Shown: positions 1 to 10,923, numbered from the stretch's first letter. The stretch is DNA of 64,000 bases from an uncultured Erythrobacter sp. (GCA_947502815.1 CANNBH010000001.1:1582818-1646817), one strand, 5' to 3'. The notes: generated by a model not told the origin, from the sequence alone. Numbers and translations are program-made.

Positions 1-2
1 AC

Positions 3-1676
3 ATGGACGAAGACCCGGATCAGCCTCGTTTCTTCGCCTATCTCTCGCTTTTCACTTTCGCGATGTTGATGCTCGTTACGGCAGATAACCTCGTTCAAAT
101 GTTCTTCGGTTGGGAAGGGGTGGGCCTCGCGTCATACCTCCTCATCGGGTTCTGGTTCAGAAAACCGACCGCTGGGGCAGCTGCGATTAAAGCGTTCGTC
201 GTCAACCGGGTTGGCGACCTTGGCTTTATGCTCGGGATTTTCGGCACTTTTGTAGTGTTCCAAACGACCTCGATCCCGGAAATTCTAGAAGCCGCACCGG
301 GAATGAGCGGATCGACCATCACCTTCCTTGGTATGCGCCTCTATACGATGGATATTCTGTGCATCCTGTTGTTCATCGGCGCGATGGGTAAGTCGGCTCA
401 GCTCGGTCTGCACACATGGCTTCCCGATGCGATGGAGGGGCCGACACCTGTGTCCGCTCTGATCCACGCTGCGACCATGGTGACCGCCGGCGTGTTCATG
501 CTCTGCCGTCTGTCGCCCATGTTTGAGACTGCTCCGACGGCGCTGATGATTGTGACGGTGATTGGCGCGGCAACGTGTTTCTTCGCCGCGACGATTGGCA
601 CGACGCAGTGGGATATCAAACGGGTTATTGCCTATTCGACCTGCTCACAGCTCGGCTACATGTTTTTTGCCGCCGGTGTGGGCGCGTATAATGTCGCGAT
701 GTTCCACCTATTCACGCACGCGTTCTTTAAAGCGCTGCTGTTCCTTGGCGCGGGCTCTGTCATCCATGCGATGCATCATGAGCAAGACATGCGGTATTAT
801 GGCGGGCTGCGTAAGAAGATCCCGTTCACCTTCGCCGCAATGATGGCGGGTACGCTCGCGATTACGGGGCTTGGCGTTTATCATCTGGGCGTTGGTTTTG
901 CAGGCTTCTGGTCAAAAGACGCCGTGCTAGAGGTTGCCTTTGCGCGCGGGACCGAGATTTCGGTTATGTCATTCTGGCTTGGTGTCGTCGCGGCGCTGCT
1001 GACGAGCTTCTACAGCTGGCGGCTGATGTTCCTCACGTTCTGGGGCAAACCGCGCTGGATTGAGAGCGAGCATATTCAGCACTCCGTCCACAAAACACCT
1101 GAAGAAGCAGGCGAAGACACAACCGGCGGATACCACCCGCATGAAAGCCCGCTGACGATGCTGATCCCGCTGGGCCTGCTAACGGTGGGCGCGATTTTCG
1201 CGGGCCAAATCTTTGCGCCGAGCTTCCTTGACGATGCCGGTTTCTGGGCGGGCTCGATATTCTACAATGAGAACCTGATGCACGCGATGCACGCGGTTCC
1301 TTATTGGGTGAAGTATTCAGCGTTGGTGGTAATGGTCATCGGGTTTGTCGGTGCCTATGTTGCCTACATTGCAAAGCCTGACATTCCTGCCAAATTCGTC
1401 GCAACCTTTGGTCCGCTGCATAAATTTGTGTTCAACAAATGGTACTTCGATGAGCTGTATGATCGGATCTTCGTAAAGCCAGCGTTCTGGTTTGGTCGCC
1501 AGTTCTGGAAGCTTGGCGATGTTGGAACGATCGACCGCTTTGGTCCAAACGGCATCGCATGGGCGGTGGAGCGCGGCTCCATTGCGGCCAAGTCGATCCA
1601 GTCGGGCTATCTCTACACATACGCGTTGATCATGCTTCTTGGCCTGATCGCCGCTGTCACTTACGTGCTGCTCTAG
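3..1676 (+). CDS. nuoL: NADH-quinone oxidoreductase subunit L (5' part lies outside the window)
   Basis: Hydrophobic ORF with ND5 motifs ([60 protein letters not shown]); directly upstream of nuoM and nuoN. Confidence 0.97.
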   Translation: MDEDPDQPRFFAYLSLFTFAMLMLVTADNLVQMFFGWEGVGLASYLLIGFWFRKPTAGAAAIKAFVVNRVGDLGFMLGIFGTFVVFQTTSIPEILEAAPGMSGSTITFLGMRLYTMDILCILLFIGAMGKSAQLGLHTWLPDAMEGPTPVSALIHAATMVTAGVFMLCRLSPMFETAPTALMIVTVIGAATCFFAATIGTTQWDIKRVIAYSTCSQLGYMFFAAGVGAYNVAMFHLFTHAFFKALLFLGAGSVIHAMHHEQDMRYYGGLRKKIPFTFAAMMAGTLAITGLGVYHLGVGFAGFWSKDAVLEVAFARGTEISVMSFWLGVVAALLTSFYSWRLMFLTFWGKPRWIESEHIQHSVHKTPEEAGEDTTGGYHPHESPLTMLIPLGLLTVGAIFAGQIFAPSFLDDAGFWAGSIFYNENLMHAMHAVPYWVKYSALVVMVIGFVGAYVAYIAKPDIPAKFVATFGPLHKFVFNKWYFDELYDRIFVKPAFWFGRQFWKLGDVGTIDRFGPNGIAWAVERGSIAAKSIQSGYLYTYALIMLLGLIAAVTYVLL

Positions 1677-1690
1677 GGGTTAGCTGAGCC

Positions 1691-3232
1691 ATGGACTTTC
1701 CCATTCTCACCACCATGATGCTGGTGCCGCTTGCAGGCGCGATCCTGTGTTTGATCACCGGAGGCGGCGCGGCTCGCGTCATCGCGCTTGCTTCGACTTT
1801 GGCGACATTTGCGCTCGGCGTTGTGCTTTGGGTGAATTACGAAATCGGCGGCCCGCAATGGCAATTCCAGGAAAGCCTCGATCTGTTCGATGGCTTTACC
1901 TACGCGCTGGGCATCGATGGCATTTCCTTGCTGCTGATCATGTTGAGCGTATTCCTCATGCCGATCTGCATCTTGGCCAGTTGGGACGCGATCCAAAAAC
2001 GCGTTGGCGAATACATGAGCGCGTTTTTGTTCATGGAAGTGCTGATGATCGGCACATTCGCGGCTCAGGATCTGTTCCTGTTCTACATCTTTTTTGAAGC
2101 GGGCCTGATCCCGATGTATTTGATCATCGGTGTGTGGGGCGGCGATAACCGCATTTATGCGAGTTACAAATTCTTCCTCTACACGCTGATCGGATCGGTT
2201 TTGATGCTGATTGCGATGTTCTGGATGGTGGCCACTGCGGGCACTTCCGACATCCCAACATTGATGCAGTACGAATTTGATACCGGGGCGCAGACGTGGC
2301 TGTGGCTGGCGTTCTTTGCCAGCTTTGCGGTGAAAGTGCCGATGTGGCCGTTCCACACTTGGTTGCCCGATGCGCACGTTCAGGCGCCGACGGCGGGTTC
2401 AGTGATCCTTGCAGGGGTGCTGCTGAAACTGGGCGGTTACGGATTTATCCGTTTCAGCCTCCCGATGTTCCCGGATGCCAGCGCCGATTTCGCGTGGTTC
2501 GTTTTTGCCCTCTCGATGGTGGCGGTGATTTACACCTCGCTGGTCGCCTTGGTGCAAGAGGATATGAAAAAACTGATCGCCTATTCCTCGGTCGCTCACA
2601 TGGCGATTGTGACGGTCGGCCTGTTCTCCTTTAATGTGCAAGGCCTCGAAGGCGCGATGCTCATCATGCTTAGCCACGGTCTCGTTTCCGGCGCGCTCTT
2701 CCTGTGTGTCGGCGTGATCTATGACCGGCTGCATACGCGTGAAATTGCACGTTATGGCGGCTTGTCGATCAATATGCCGTATTACGCATTGTTCTTTCTG
2801 CTGTTCACCATGGCCTCTATTGGCCTTCCGGGGACGAGCGGATTTGTTGGCGAGTTTCTATCGCTGGCGGGCATTTATCAAACCTCAAGCCTCGTGGCGC
2901 TGATTTGCACCACCGGGATTATTCTTGGCGCTGCATATATGCTTTACCTTTATCGCCGCGTTGCCTTTGGTGATCAGAAAAATGCAGACGCTGCGGCCAT
3001 GGGCGACATTCGGCCGCGTGAATGGGCCATGATGGTGCCAATAGCAGCGGTGGTGCTGTGGATGGGCGTTTATCCCGAAAGTTTCCTGGCCCCAATGCGC
3101 GCAGATATTGCGGTGCTGGATGCGCAAATCAGCGCGGCGGCCCCGGCCAGCGACGCAGAATTGGCGCCCGGCACGCCGCGTGATGCGGCGGCGAACGCCA
3201 TCGAATTTGACTCAAGTGAGGGAGAACACTGA
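1691..3232 (+). CDS. nuoM: NADH-quinone oxidoreductase subunit M
   Basis: ND4 motifs (FYIFFEAGLIPMY, VKVPMWPFHTWLPDAHVQAP, LIAYSSVAHM); between nuoL and nuoN. Confidence 0.97.
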   Translation: MDFPILTTMMLVPLAGAILCLITGGGAARVIALASTLATFALGVVLWVNYEIGGPQWQFQESLDLFDGFTYALGIDGISLLLIMLSVFLMPICILASWDAIQKRVGEYMSAFLFMEVLMIGTFAAQDLFLFYIFFEAGLIPMYLIIGVWGGDNRIYASYKFFLYTLIGSVLMLIAMFWMVATAGTSDIPTLMQYEFDTGAQTWLWLAFFASFAVKVPMWPFHTWLPDAHVQAPTAGSVILAGVLLKLGGYGFIRFSLPMFPDASADFAWFVFALSMVAVIYTSLVALVQEDMKKLIAYSSVAHMAIVTVGLFSFNVQGLEGAMLIMLSHGLVSGALFLCVGVIYDRLHTREIARYGGLSINMPYYALFFLLFTMASIGLPGTSGFVGEFLSLAGIYQTSSLVALICTTGIILGAAYMLYLYRRVAFGDQKNADAAAMGDIRPREWAMMVPIAAVVLWMGVYPESFLAPMRADIAVLDAQISAAAPASDAELAPGTPRDAAANAIEFDSSEGEH

Positions 3233-4710
3233 TGGACTTCTCAGCGTCTTTCTTGCTTGTCATGCCAGAATTGGTGCTCACGGCTGCAGGGTTAATCCTG
3301 TTGCTCGCCGCTGCATGGGGCGGAGACAAAGCTGCTCGCGGCATTTCGATTGTCGCCTCGTTGGTCTTCTTTGCGGTTGGTTTGATGCTTGTGCCGTCGC
3401 TCCACACGGGAGTAGATGGACCGGATACGCTAGCGTTTGGCGGACTGCTTAAAATCGATACATTTGCGCTGTTTGCAAAGGCATTGATCTACCTCGCAGC
3501 AATTGCCTGCCTTGTGGTCGCTCCGGCGTTTTTCAACGGCCCTGCTGCTGGTGAAGAGCGTGGGATGCGCGCTGAATATCCAGTGCTGATCCTGTTTGCC
3601 GCGCTTGGCATGAGCATCATGGTTTCGGCCAATGACTTCATGACGCTCTACCTCGGTCTCGAATTGAACAGCCTTGCCTCTTATGTGCTCGCATCGATCC
3701 TGAGAAAGGATCAGCGTTCAGCGGAGGCGGGCCTGAAGTATTTCGTGCTCGGCGCGCTTGCCTCGGGCATCCTGCTTTACGGTATGAGCCTGCTTTACGG
3801 CTTCACCGGCGGAACCGATTTCGCCAGCGTTCGCGCAGGGCTCGACGGGGAATTGAGCATTGGGCAATTGTTTGGCTTGATCTTTGTGCTGTCGGGTCTG
3901 GCGTTCAAAATCGCCGCTGTGCCGTTCCACATGTGGACCCCGGATGTGTACGAAGGTGCGCCGACACCGGTCACGATGTTCTTCTCAACCGCACCCAAAG
4001 TCGCCGCCGTCGCCTTGACCGCGCGCGTGGTGTTTGAAGTGTTCGGCGGCCAAGTCGCCGCGTGGCAACAAATCGTAATGTTCACGGCTCTGGCGTCGAT
4101 TGTGTTCGGCGCATTGGGAGCGATTGGTCAGGACAATCTCAAACGGTTGCTGGCCTATTCCTCGATCAACAACATCGGTTTCATCCTGCTCGGTTTGGCC
4201 GTCGCAAATGCGGCCGGGGCAAGCGCGATGCTGGTCTATCTGTTCATCTATGTTGTGATGAGCCTCGGCAGCTTTACCGCTCTGCTGATGCTGCGCGATG
4301 AAGATGGCGACCTTTATGAAACCTTCGCAGACATTCGCGGCCTTGCGGTGACGCGTCCGGTGATCGCATGGATGCTGCTGGTCCAGATGTTCAGCCTCGC
4401 TGGCATTCCGCCTCTCCTAGGCTTCTACAGCAAGTTTGTGATCTTTCAGGCGACGGTCGAAGCGGGACTTGTTGCATTTGCGGCCATCGCCATCGCAGCC
4501 AGTGTCATCGGTGCGTTTTATTACATCAAATTCATCAAGGTGATGTTCTTTGATGATGCAGTTGATCTGGTGAAAGGCAAAAGCGGCTCGGGGCATTGGG
4601 TGTTGTTGATCCTCACCGGCGTCATCGTATCGCCATTGGGGTATCTGATTACCGGTTCGCTGAAAGATTTGACCGACAAGGCGGCAGCCGCGCTGTTCGT
4701 CGCGGTTTGA
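3232..4710 (+). CDS. nuoN: NADH-quinone oxidoreductase subunit N
   Basis: ND2 motifs (EAGLKYFVLGALASG, FKIAAVPFHMWTPDVYEGAPTPV, KRLLAYSSI); TGATG overlap with nuoM. Confidence 0.97.
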   Translation: MDFSASFLLVMPELVLTAAGLILLLAAAWGGDKAARGISIVASLVFFAVGLMLVPSLHTGVDGPDTLAFGGLLKIDTFALFAKALIYLAAIACLVVAPAFFNGPAAGEERGMRAEYPVLILFAALGMSIMVSANDFMTLYLGLELNSLASYVLASILRKDQRSAEAGLKYFVLGALASGILLYGMSLLYGFTGGTDFASVRAGLDGELSIGQLFGLIFVLSGLAFKIAAVPFHMWTPDVYEGAPTPVTMFFSTAPKVAAVALTARVVFEVFGGQVAAWQQIVMFTALASIVFGALGAIGQDNLKRLLAYSSINNIGFILLGLAVANAAGASAMLVYLFIYVVMSLGSFTALLMLRDEDGDLYETFADIRGLAVTRPVIAWMLLVQMFSLAGIPPLLGFYSKFVIFQATVEAGLVAFAAIAIAASVIGAFYYIKFIKVMFFDDAVDLVKGKSGSGHWVLLILTGVIVSPLGYLITGSLKDLTDKAAAALFVAV

Positions 4711-5432
4711 GCGGCAAAGCCTCTTTCACCTTCGTAGAGGAAACGGGCTCTACCAACGCCGATTTGGCCACTGCCATTCGCAGCGGCGATGCGCCCAGAG
4801 AAGGCCACTGGCTCGTCGCTCTGCGGCAAAACGCAGGCCGGGGCCGTCAGGGCCGCGAATGGTTCGATGGCCACGGCAATTTTATGGGATCGAGCGTGGT
4901 TCAACTGAGCGGCGGCGATCCGCCACCAGCAACGTTAGCGTTTGCAACCGCGCTAGCGGTGGAGCAGGCGATCCTCGCGCTCGTAGGCGATTTTGCGGAC
5001 GTAAAGTTGAAATGGCCCAATGATGTTTTGCTAAACGGCGGCAAAGTGTCGGGGATCTTGCTTGAATTGGTTGGGAAGCGTGTGATCATCGGAGTGGGGG
5101 TCAACCTTGCCAAGGCACCGGAGCTAGCCGATCGCAAGACCTCTGCCTTAAGCGATGTCGTCCCTGCTCCAAGTCCAGAAAGTTTTGCGCAAAGCATTGC
5201 TGCACATTTGCAGAATTCGATTAAGTCGTGGCGCACTCAGACTTTGGAAAGCTTCTTGGATGCCTTCCTCGAGAGGTCAATTCACCGCATTGGCGCCCCG
5301 ATAAAGGTCCATGACAACGGCGGCGAAGTCGCGGAAGGCACCTTTGCAGGGCTTGAACCGTCGGACGGCGCATTGCGTCTACGCTTGGCGGATGGGTCGG
5401 AACGTGTCATTCGCGCAGGTGATATCAGTTAA
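4707..5432 (+). CDS. birA: Biotin-[acetyl-CoA-carboxylase] ligase (group I, no HTH domain)
   Basis: [35 protein letters not shown] motifs. Likely TTG start at 4707 overlapping the nuoN stop (TTGA); the ORF-track start at 4596 lies inside nuoN. Confidence 0.93.
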   Translation: MSGKASFTFVEETGSTNADLATAIRSGDAPREGHWLVALRQNAGRGRQGREWFDGHGNFMGSSVVQLSGGDPPPATLAFATALAVEQAILALVGDFADVKLKWPNDVLLNGGKVSGILLELVGKRVIIGVGVNLAKAPELADRKTSALSDVVPAPSPESFAQSIAAHLQNSIKSWRTQTLESFLDAFLERSIHRIGAPIKVHDNGGEVAEGTFAGLEPSDGALRLRLADGSERVIRAGDIS

Positions 5433-5443
5433 GGAGTGATCGG

Positions 5444-6235
5444 ATGCTGTTGGCCGCCGATGTCGGAAACACCAATGTTGTCTTTGCTCTGTTCGATTCA
5501 GACGGAACAGGAGGCTTTACCTCTCGTGCGCGCTGGCGGATTGCGACCGATCCGCGGCGGACTGGCGATGAATATGCGGTTTGGTTGCTGCAATTGCTGA
5601 CGATTGAGGGGGTTGCGCGCGAGGATATCAAGCAGATCATTTATGCATCTGTGGTGCCGCGCGCTGATCACAACCTAACCGTGCTGTCGCAGAAATATTT
5701 CGGGCTGACGCCAATCAAAGCGGGCGAGGGCAAAGCGGCATGGAAGTTTGAAATTGATGTTGATCAGCCCAGCTCTTTGGGTGCGGACCGCGCTCTGAAT
5801 ATTTTGGCCGCGCATAAGAAATATGGCGGCGATTTGATCGTCATCGATTTTGGCACAGCGACCAAGTTCGAAGCGATTGATTTTAACGGGACATACAAAG
5901 GCGGCTCAATTGCCCCCGGGATCAACCTTTCGCTTGATGCTTTGGTTGGCAAAACGGCAAAACTGCCCCGGATCGCGATCCGCGCGCCGGAAAGCGCCAG
6001 CGTGATTGGACGCAACACCGAAGATCAAATGCTGATCGGTGTGTTTTGGGGCTATGTTGCGATGATGGAGGGGGTCGTCGCCAAGATGAAGTCGGAGATT
6101 GGCCGACCTGCAAAAGTGGTTGCGACCGGCGGTCTGGCCATCCTTTTTGATGATGCTACCGATATCTTTGATGAAGTGGATTCTGAATTGACAATCGACG
6201 GGCTGGCGATCCTCGCTCAGCAAGCGGCGGGCTGA
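5444..6235 (+). CDS. coaX: Type III pantothenate kinase
   Basis: [30 protein letters not shown] motifs. Confidence 0.95.
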   Translation: MLLAADVGNTNVVFALFDSDGTGGFTSRARWRIATDPRRTGDEYAVWLLQLLTIEGVAREDIKQIIYASVVPRADHNLTVLSQKYFGLTPIKAGEGKAAWKFEIDVDQPSSLGADRALNILAAHKKYGGDLIVIDFGTATKFEAIDFNGTYKGGSIAPGINLSLDALVGKTAKLPRIAIRAPESASVIGRNTEDQMLIGVFWGYVAMMEGVVAKMKSEIGRPAKVVATGGLAILFDDATDIFDEVDSELTIDGLAILAQQAAG

Positions 6236-6267
6236 CCTCTCCATACATTTTGAACGCATGAGTATTT

Positions 6268-7944
6268 GTGAAAAAGAACTATAAACCTGAAGATGAATTG
6301 CTGTTCCTCGCATTGGGAGGGTCAGGCGAAATTGGCATGAACGTCAATCTTTATGGCTGTGACGGCAAATGGATGATGGTCGATCTGGGCATGACCTTTT
6401 CCGGCGGCGAATATCCCGGCGTTGACCTGGTTTTTGCCGACCTTGAGTTTATCGAGGATCGCACAAAGGATCTGCTGGGTATTGTTCTAACTCACGCGCA
6501 TGAGGATCACATCGGTGCGGTGCCATACTTCGCCGGAGAGCTCGGCGTTCCGCTCTATGCCACGCCGTTTACTGCGGATTTGGTCGCGCGAAAGCTCGAA
6601 GAAGCTGGGCTGCTTGGCAAGGTAGAGCTCAACATTATTGAGGAAGACCACGGACAAATCCATCTGGGACCGTTTTCCGTAACCTATCTGCCACTGGCGC
6701 ATTCGATTGCAGAGGGTAACGCGCTGCTGATTGAAACGCCTTATGGCCGTGTCTTCCACACTGGTGATTGGAAACTCGACGAGGACCCAATTATCGGAGA
6801 ACCCACCACCGAAGAAGAACTGCGATCCATTGGCGATGACGGTGTGCTTGCGCTGGTTTGCGATTCTACCAATGTGTTCAATCCCAACCCGTCAGGGTCT
6901 GAGGGGGCCGTACACAAGGGATTGATGGAGGAGGTCGCGCGGCACACGGGCAAACGGGTGCTTGTCACCACATTTGCCAGCAATGTGGCCCGGTTGCAGA
7001 CGTTGGGCGAAGTAGCGCGCGAGACTGGGCGCCAATTGTGCGTTGCGGGCCGTTCGCTCGACCGGATTATCGAAGTGGCGCAGGACAATGGCTATCTTGA
7101 AGATTTTCCAACACCAGTGGATTTCAACACCGCAATGGGGCTGCCGTGCGGTGAAGTGATGATCATCGCCACCGGCGGGCAGGGGGAGCCGCGCGCTGCC
7201 CTTTCGCGGATCGCCGATGAAAACCATCAACTGAAATTGGTGAGCGGCGATGTCGTTTTGTTTTCGTCCCGTCAGATACCGGGCAATGAAATCTCAATCG
7301 GTAAGATGCAGAACCAGCTTTCCCGGCGCGGGATTGAGATGGTGACCGACCGACAGAGCCTGATCCACGTTTCTGGCCACCCAGGGCGCCCTGAATTGGA
7401 AGCCCTGTACAGCTGGTTAAAGCCTGAAATACTGGTCCCGGTGCATGGCGAAATGCGGCATATGCGGGAACAAGCGCGGCTCGGCAAAGAATGCCAGATA
7501 CCTTCCAATGTCGTGCAGTCGAACGGTGATATCGTGCGGCTTGCACCCGGTGATCCGGGCAAGATTGCGGAAGTGCGGCATGGCCGCTTTGTGTTGGATG
7601 GAGACATCATCGCGCCAGCCGACGGGGAATCCATTGCGATGCGCCGGCGAATGGCGGGCGAGGGCGTGATCGTTGTCGTTCTGGCGCGCGGGGAAAAGCC
7701 CGCTTTGGAAGTGCTCGGCCTGCCTTTGGATGAAGATATGCCGGAGTTTATTCAGGAAGCGCAGGACGACATCCTCAAAGCCATTGGGAAATTGAAAGGG
7801 CATCAGGCCAACGATCCCGCTGCTGTGCATGAGGCCGCGCGTTTGGCCGCTCGCCGTGCTGCGCGCCGCTGGGCCGGCAAGAGCCCTCAGGTTCGCGTTG
7901 TCATGCCGGGGCAGGGGAACGCACAGAGTAACGAGGCGTCATAA
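6268..7944 (+). CDS. rnj: Ribonuclease J (metallo-beta-lactamase/beta-CASP)
   Basis: LGGSGEIGMN, THAHEDHIG, HTGDWK, HVSGH motifs; GTG start. Confidence 0.95.
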   Translation: MKKNYKPEDELLFLALGGSGEIGMNVNLYGCDGKWMMVDLGMTFSGGEYPGVDLVFADLEFIEDRTKDLLGIVLTHAHEDHIGAVPYFAGELGVPLYATPFTADLVARKLEEAGLLGKVELNIIEEDHGQIHLGPFSVTYLPLAHSIAEGNALLIETPYGRVFHTGDWKLDEDPIIGEPTTEEELRSIGDDGVLALVCDSTNVFNPNPSGSEGAVHKGLMEEVARHTGKRVLVTTFASNVARLQTLGEVARETGRQLCVAGRSLDRIIEVAQDNGYLEDFPTPVDFNTAMGLPCGEVMIIATGGQGEPRAALSRIADENHQLKLVSGDVVLFSSRQIPGNEISIGKMQNQLSRRGIEMVTDRQSLIHVSGHPGRPELEALYSWLKPEILVPVHGEMRHMREQARLGKECQIPSNVVQSNGDIVRLAPGDPGKIAEVRHGRFVLDGDIIAPADGESIAMRRRMAGEGVIVVVLARGEKPALEVLGLPLDEDMPEFIQEAQDDILKAIGKLKGHQANDPAAVHEAARLAARRAARRWAGKSPQVRVVMPGQGNAQSNEAS

Positions 7945-7946
7945 CC

Positions 7947-8237
7947 ATGCAGATCACGTCGATCCTTGCGGTGTATTTCCTATTTTGGGTGATGACCGCA
8001 TTTGTCATGCTGCCCTTTGGTGTCCGAACGGCGGATGAAGCCGGGGTTGCAAAGGTGCCCGGTCAAGCAGACAGCGCGCCGGTCAACTTTCAGCCTAAGA
8101 AAATTCTGGTCCGTGCTACGCTGATCGCGACGGTGCTGACGACGTTGTTCGTGCTCAATTTTGAATATGGCTGGGTTGGTGTCGATGACATCAATTTCTT
8201 TCCAGAACGACCAACTATCGCCGAACAAGTGAACTAG
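7947..8237 (+). CDS. Small membrane protein, DUF1467-like
   Basis: Two hydrophobic segments and a LPFGVRT...VPGQADSAP motif, in the usual position after rnj in alphaproteobacteria. Confidence 0.7.
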   Translation: MQITSILAVYFLFWVMTAFVMLPFGVRTADEAGVAKVPGQADSAPVNFQPKKILVRATLIATVLTTLFVLNFEYGWVGVDDINFFPERPTIAEQVN

Positions 8238-8273
8238 CGTCCTATCGCACACCGCGCTGCGGATTGCGCATCC

Positions 8274-10853
8274 TTACTGGCGGAACCGTTCAATCGATTG
8301 GGCCAGGATGACGTAGAGCTTACCCATGTCCGATCCTAAGATCGTTACGCCCAAGGCATTGCCATCGCGGGTGGAAAGCATGGATCGCAGCATTGCTTCG
8401 AAATCGTGGATGTAACGGCTGACATTGGATTTGAACGTCTCGTCGCTCTGATACAACTCAGCGATTTCCTTTGCCTCTCCAGTATCAAGCAGGCGGACCG
8501 CACGTCTGGTAAAGATGCCGCGATCACCCTTTAGATAGGCATCCCATGCCGTGTCTGTCACATCGGTTGAAATCGCCGCAGCAAGGTCGATGGCGTTTGA
8601 ATTGAGGCTGTCGGTGATCAGCGCCATGCGCCGGGCAAAATCGTTGCCGACTGTTTCTTCAGACAATTCGCGCGCACGGGCGATGCGCTGTTCCAGATTG
8701 AGTGTGAGTTCGTTGACCTTGGACAGTTGGTCGCGCAATTGCACGGTCGCTTCGCGCCCGACCCCGGATGCATGCGCCGCTGCTTGTTCCAATTTCCCGA
8801 CTGTTTCCGCCGTTTCGGTGCGCAGAGATCGCTCCAATTCTGCGACGGCATCTTTGGACATCGTAGCCGCCAAAACGCCAACCTTTTCACGCGTTCCGTC
8901 TTCCAAGGCATTGAACGCGCTCGTTGTTGCCTCTTCGAGTGCTCCCAATGCCTCACGCAGTTTATCTTGGGTTTCACCGGCAAAGGTGCCGCTTTGCTCG
9001 GTCAATTGCGTAAAGCCGCCGCGCAGGCCTTGCAGTTTGGCGAGGGTGTCTTCCGATTGTTCGGAAAGGCGTGTTTGGAGGGCATGGATCGATGTGTCGG
9101 CTTCTTCGATCTTGCTTTGCGTGTCGATCAAATAGGTGCCCAGCTCTTCGGCCTTGCCAGACGTCGCAAACATCATACCGGACAATGCGGCCGCGCGCTG
9201 TTCAACCGAACCGAGCGCATGTGCGGCCCCGCCAATGGCTTCGGGTAAGTCTTCGCGGCTGTGTTTGGCGCCCGATTGAATGATCTCCAGCAAACGGACG
9301 CCGGCTTCGGTAAGGGCTCCGAGCTGTTTCTCCGTCTCGCCCAAAGCCTCGCGTTTCGCCGCTAGTTTTTCGCCCAAAGCATCCATGCTGGTTTCCAGCC
9401 CCTGCTGTGCGGTTTCGCCTTGGGCGCTGATTTCTGCGATTAGATCGGTGAGCTTCTCAAGCTGCGCACTCATTTCAGTTGAATGCGCCACCAGTTTCTC
9501 GGTCTCACGCGATTGCGCATCACGCCGTTCGGCAATTGCATCGTCAAGGTCTGACAGACGCTGCGCCAACACTTCGCTCGCTTGCGCTTCTCGCGTTGCG
9601 AATTCTTCTTGGCGTTGGTTGACGTCTTCTTGGAATTTCCGATCGCGAGCGGCCAGCGCTTGTTCGACGCGTTCTGCCTCCGCTTGCAATTCTTGAATGC
9701 GCGTTTGGGAGGAGCTGATGGCGTCTTGGTCCAATTTGTCGACCATTTCGGCGGCGGTTACTATGTCAGCTTCGAAGCGTTCCCGCGTTGCGTTCAATTG
9801 ATCGACCGCGCCAGCCTCTGTCTCGCACAGCTTAGTTGAGATGGCCTTGGCTTCTGTTTGCAGCATCAGCATCCGCTCATTCAAAGCTGTCAGTGCCTGC
9901 GTTTCGGCTTCCTCCACCTCACCGCGATATTCGCTCGTTTGGGTCTTTACGACGTCAAGGCGCGATCCAACCACTTCTTCGATCCGCGACAATTGGGCCT
10001 CTAGGCCGCCCATTGTTTCACCGACACGGCTTTCAAAAGCTGTCACTTGAGTTTCGCTGGCTTTGCCAAACTGGTTGAGCCGTTCAAACCCGGTCACCAT
10101 TTTATCAAGCTGATCCTGCGCAGTCCGTCCGGCGTTCCCAACTTGGTTGGAAACATCGCGCGCCGAATTGGCAACAACCGGCAGATCATCCCGCAGCCGG
10201 GTCATATTGCCCAGCGCGGTCTCGCTTGCGCTGCCAATTGCGTCAACCTGATCGCCATTGGTCTTAATCAGGGTTTGCAATTCGCCTGCGTGTTGGGAAA
10301 TTCGCTCACTCGCAACCCGGCCGAGCGATTCCAGTTCGAGCGATTGAGCAGCCAAAAATTCGCGCGCGAGGCTCAATTCACGATTGACCACGGTTAGGCG
10401 TGTTTCAAGCTCGCTGCTCTCTCGGGACAGCAAAGCAGCGGTTTCGGCAAAGCGCCTCGCTTCGGCCCGTGAATGGCGCATCGTGAGCAGCCAACCAACT
10501 CCGACAAGCAAGACTGGAACCGACCAATCAATGATCCAGCGGGTCCATTGTGCCGGTTCTGCAGCCGCCGCATTCAGAAACTGGTCCTGCATCGCCCAGC
10601 CATAAAGAGCCGTCCAACCCATGATCAGGGTTATCGCAAGAGCAGGGGCAATCCAGCCAAATCTCTGCTCGGACACATCATAAGTGTCTTCGGTGTCAAA
10701 GTCTGAAAGATCCAATTCATCTTCCATTTCAACAGCATCTGCCAAAGACTGCGCCTCTTCACCGGGTGCGATTTCACCCTCAGCATGCGTGCTAGATTGC
10801 GCTTTTTGCGCGGCGTCTGGGCCCACGGCCCTGATATGTTGTCCACCCGACAT
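8274..10853 (-). CDS. Large coiled-coil membrane protein (two N-terminal TM helices), TipN/GPR-like polar landmark candidate
   Basis: 859 aa from ATG at 10853 (MSGGQHIRAV). Acidic N-terminus, two TM segments, about 650 aa of A/E/L/Q-rich heptads, and a C-terminal FKSNVSRYIHDFEAML...SDMGKLYVILA motif. Confidence 0.6.
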   Translation of the reverse strand: MSGGQHIRAVGPDAAQKAQSSTHAEGEIAPGEEAQSLADAVEMEDELDLSDFDTEDTYDVSEQRFGWIAPALAITLIMGWTALYGWAMQDQFLNAAAAEPAQWTRWIIDWSVPVLLVGVGWLLTMRHSRAEARRFAETAALLSRESSELETRLTVVNRELSLAREFLAAQSLELESLGRVASERISQHAGELQTLIKTNGDQVDAIGSASETALGNMTRLRDDLPVVANSARDVSNQVGNAGRTAQDQLDKMVTGFERLNQFGKASETQVTAFESRVGETMGGLEAQLSRIEEVVGSRLDVVKTQTSEYRGEVEEAETQALTALNERMLMLQTEAKAISTKLCETEAGAVDQLNATRERFEADIVTAAEMVDKLDQDAISSSQTRIQELQAEAERVEQALAARDRKFQEDVNQRQEEFATREAQASEVLAQRLSDLDDAIAERRDAQSRETEKLVAHSTEMSAQLEKLTDLIAEISAQGETAQQGLETSMDALGEKLAAKREALGETEKQLGALTEAGVRLLEIIQSGAKHSREDLPEAIGGAAHALGSVEQRAAALSGMMFATSGKAEELGTYLIDTQSKIEEADTSIHALQTRLSEQSEDTLAKLQGLRGGFTQLTEQSGTFAGETQDKLREALGALEEATTSAFNALEDGTREKVGVLAATMSKDAVAELERSLRTETAETVGKLEQAAAHASGVGREATVQLRDQLSKVNELTLNLEQRIARARELSEETVGNDFARRMALITDSLNSNAIDLAAAISTDVTDTAWDAYLKGDRGIFTRRAVRLLDTGEAKEIAELYQSDETFKSNVSRYIHDFEAMLRSMLSTRDGNALGVTILGSDMGKLYVILAQSIERFRQ

Positions 10854-10883
10854 GCTCGCTAGATACCACAGCTTGCGTGTGGA

Positions 10884-10899
10884 TAAACCCCGCATTAAC
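10884..10899. promoter_or_regulatory. CtrA-like box TAAA-N7-TTAAC in the divergent promoter region
   Basis: taaa ccccgca ttaac, compared with the CtrA consensus TTAA-N7-TTAAC; overlaps the inverted repeat ccgcatt-N7-aatgcgg (10890-10910). Confidence 0.45.
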
Positions 10900-10923
10900 T
10901 CTCAATGCGGTATTGCCCTTCAA

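Noticed and set aside
8274-10853. SMC/ATPase or methyl-accepting chemotaxis protein call for the coiled-coil protein
   Set aside because: No Walker A/B motif and no MCP hairpin-tip signature (e.g. LLALNAAIEAARAG) is visible.
10684-10923. N-terminal extension of the Hpt-like ORF, and 10854-10895 extension of the coiled-coil gene
   Set aside because: The extensions overlap the divergent gene and the promoter motifs; ATGs at 10924 and 10853 fit better.
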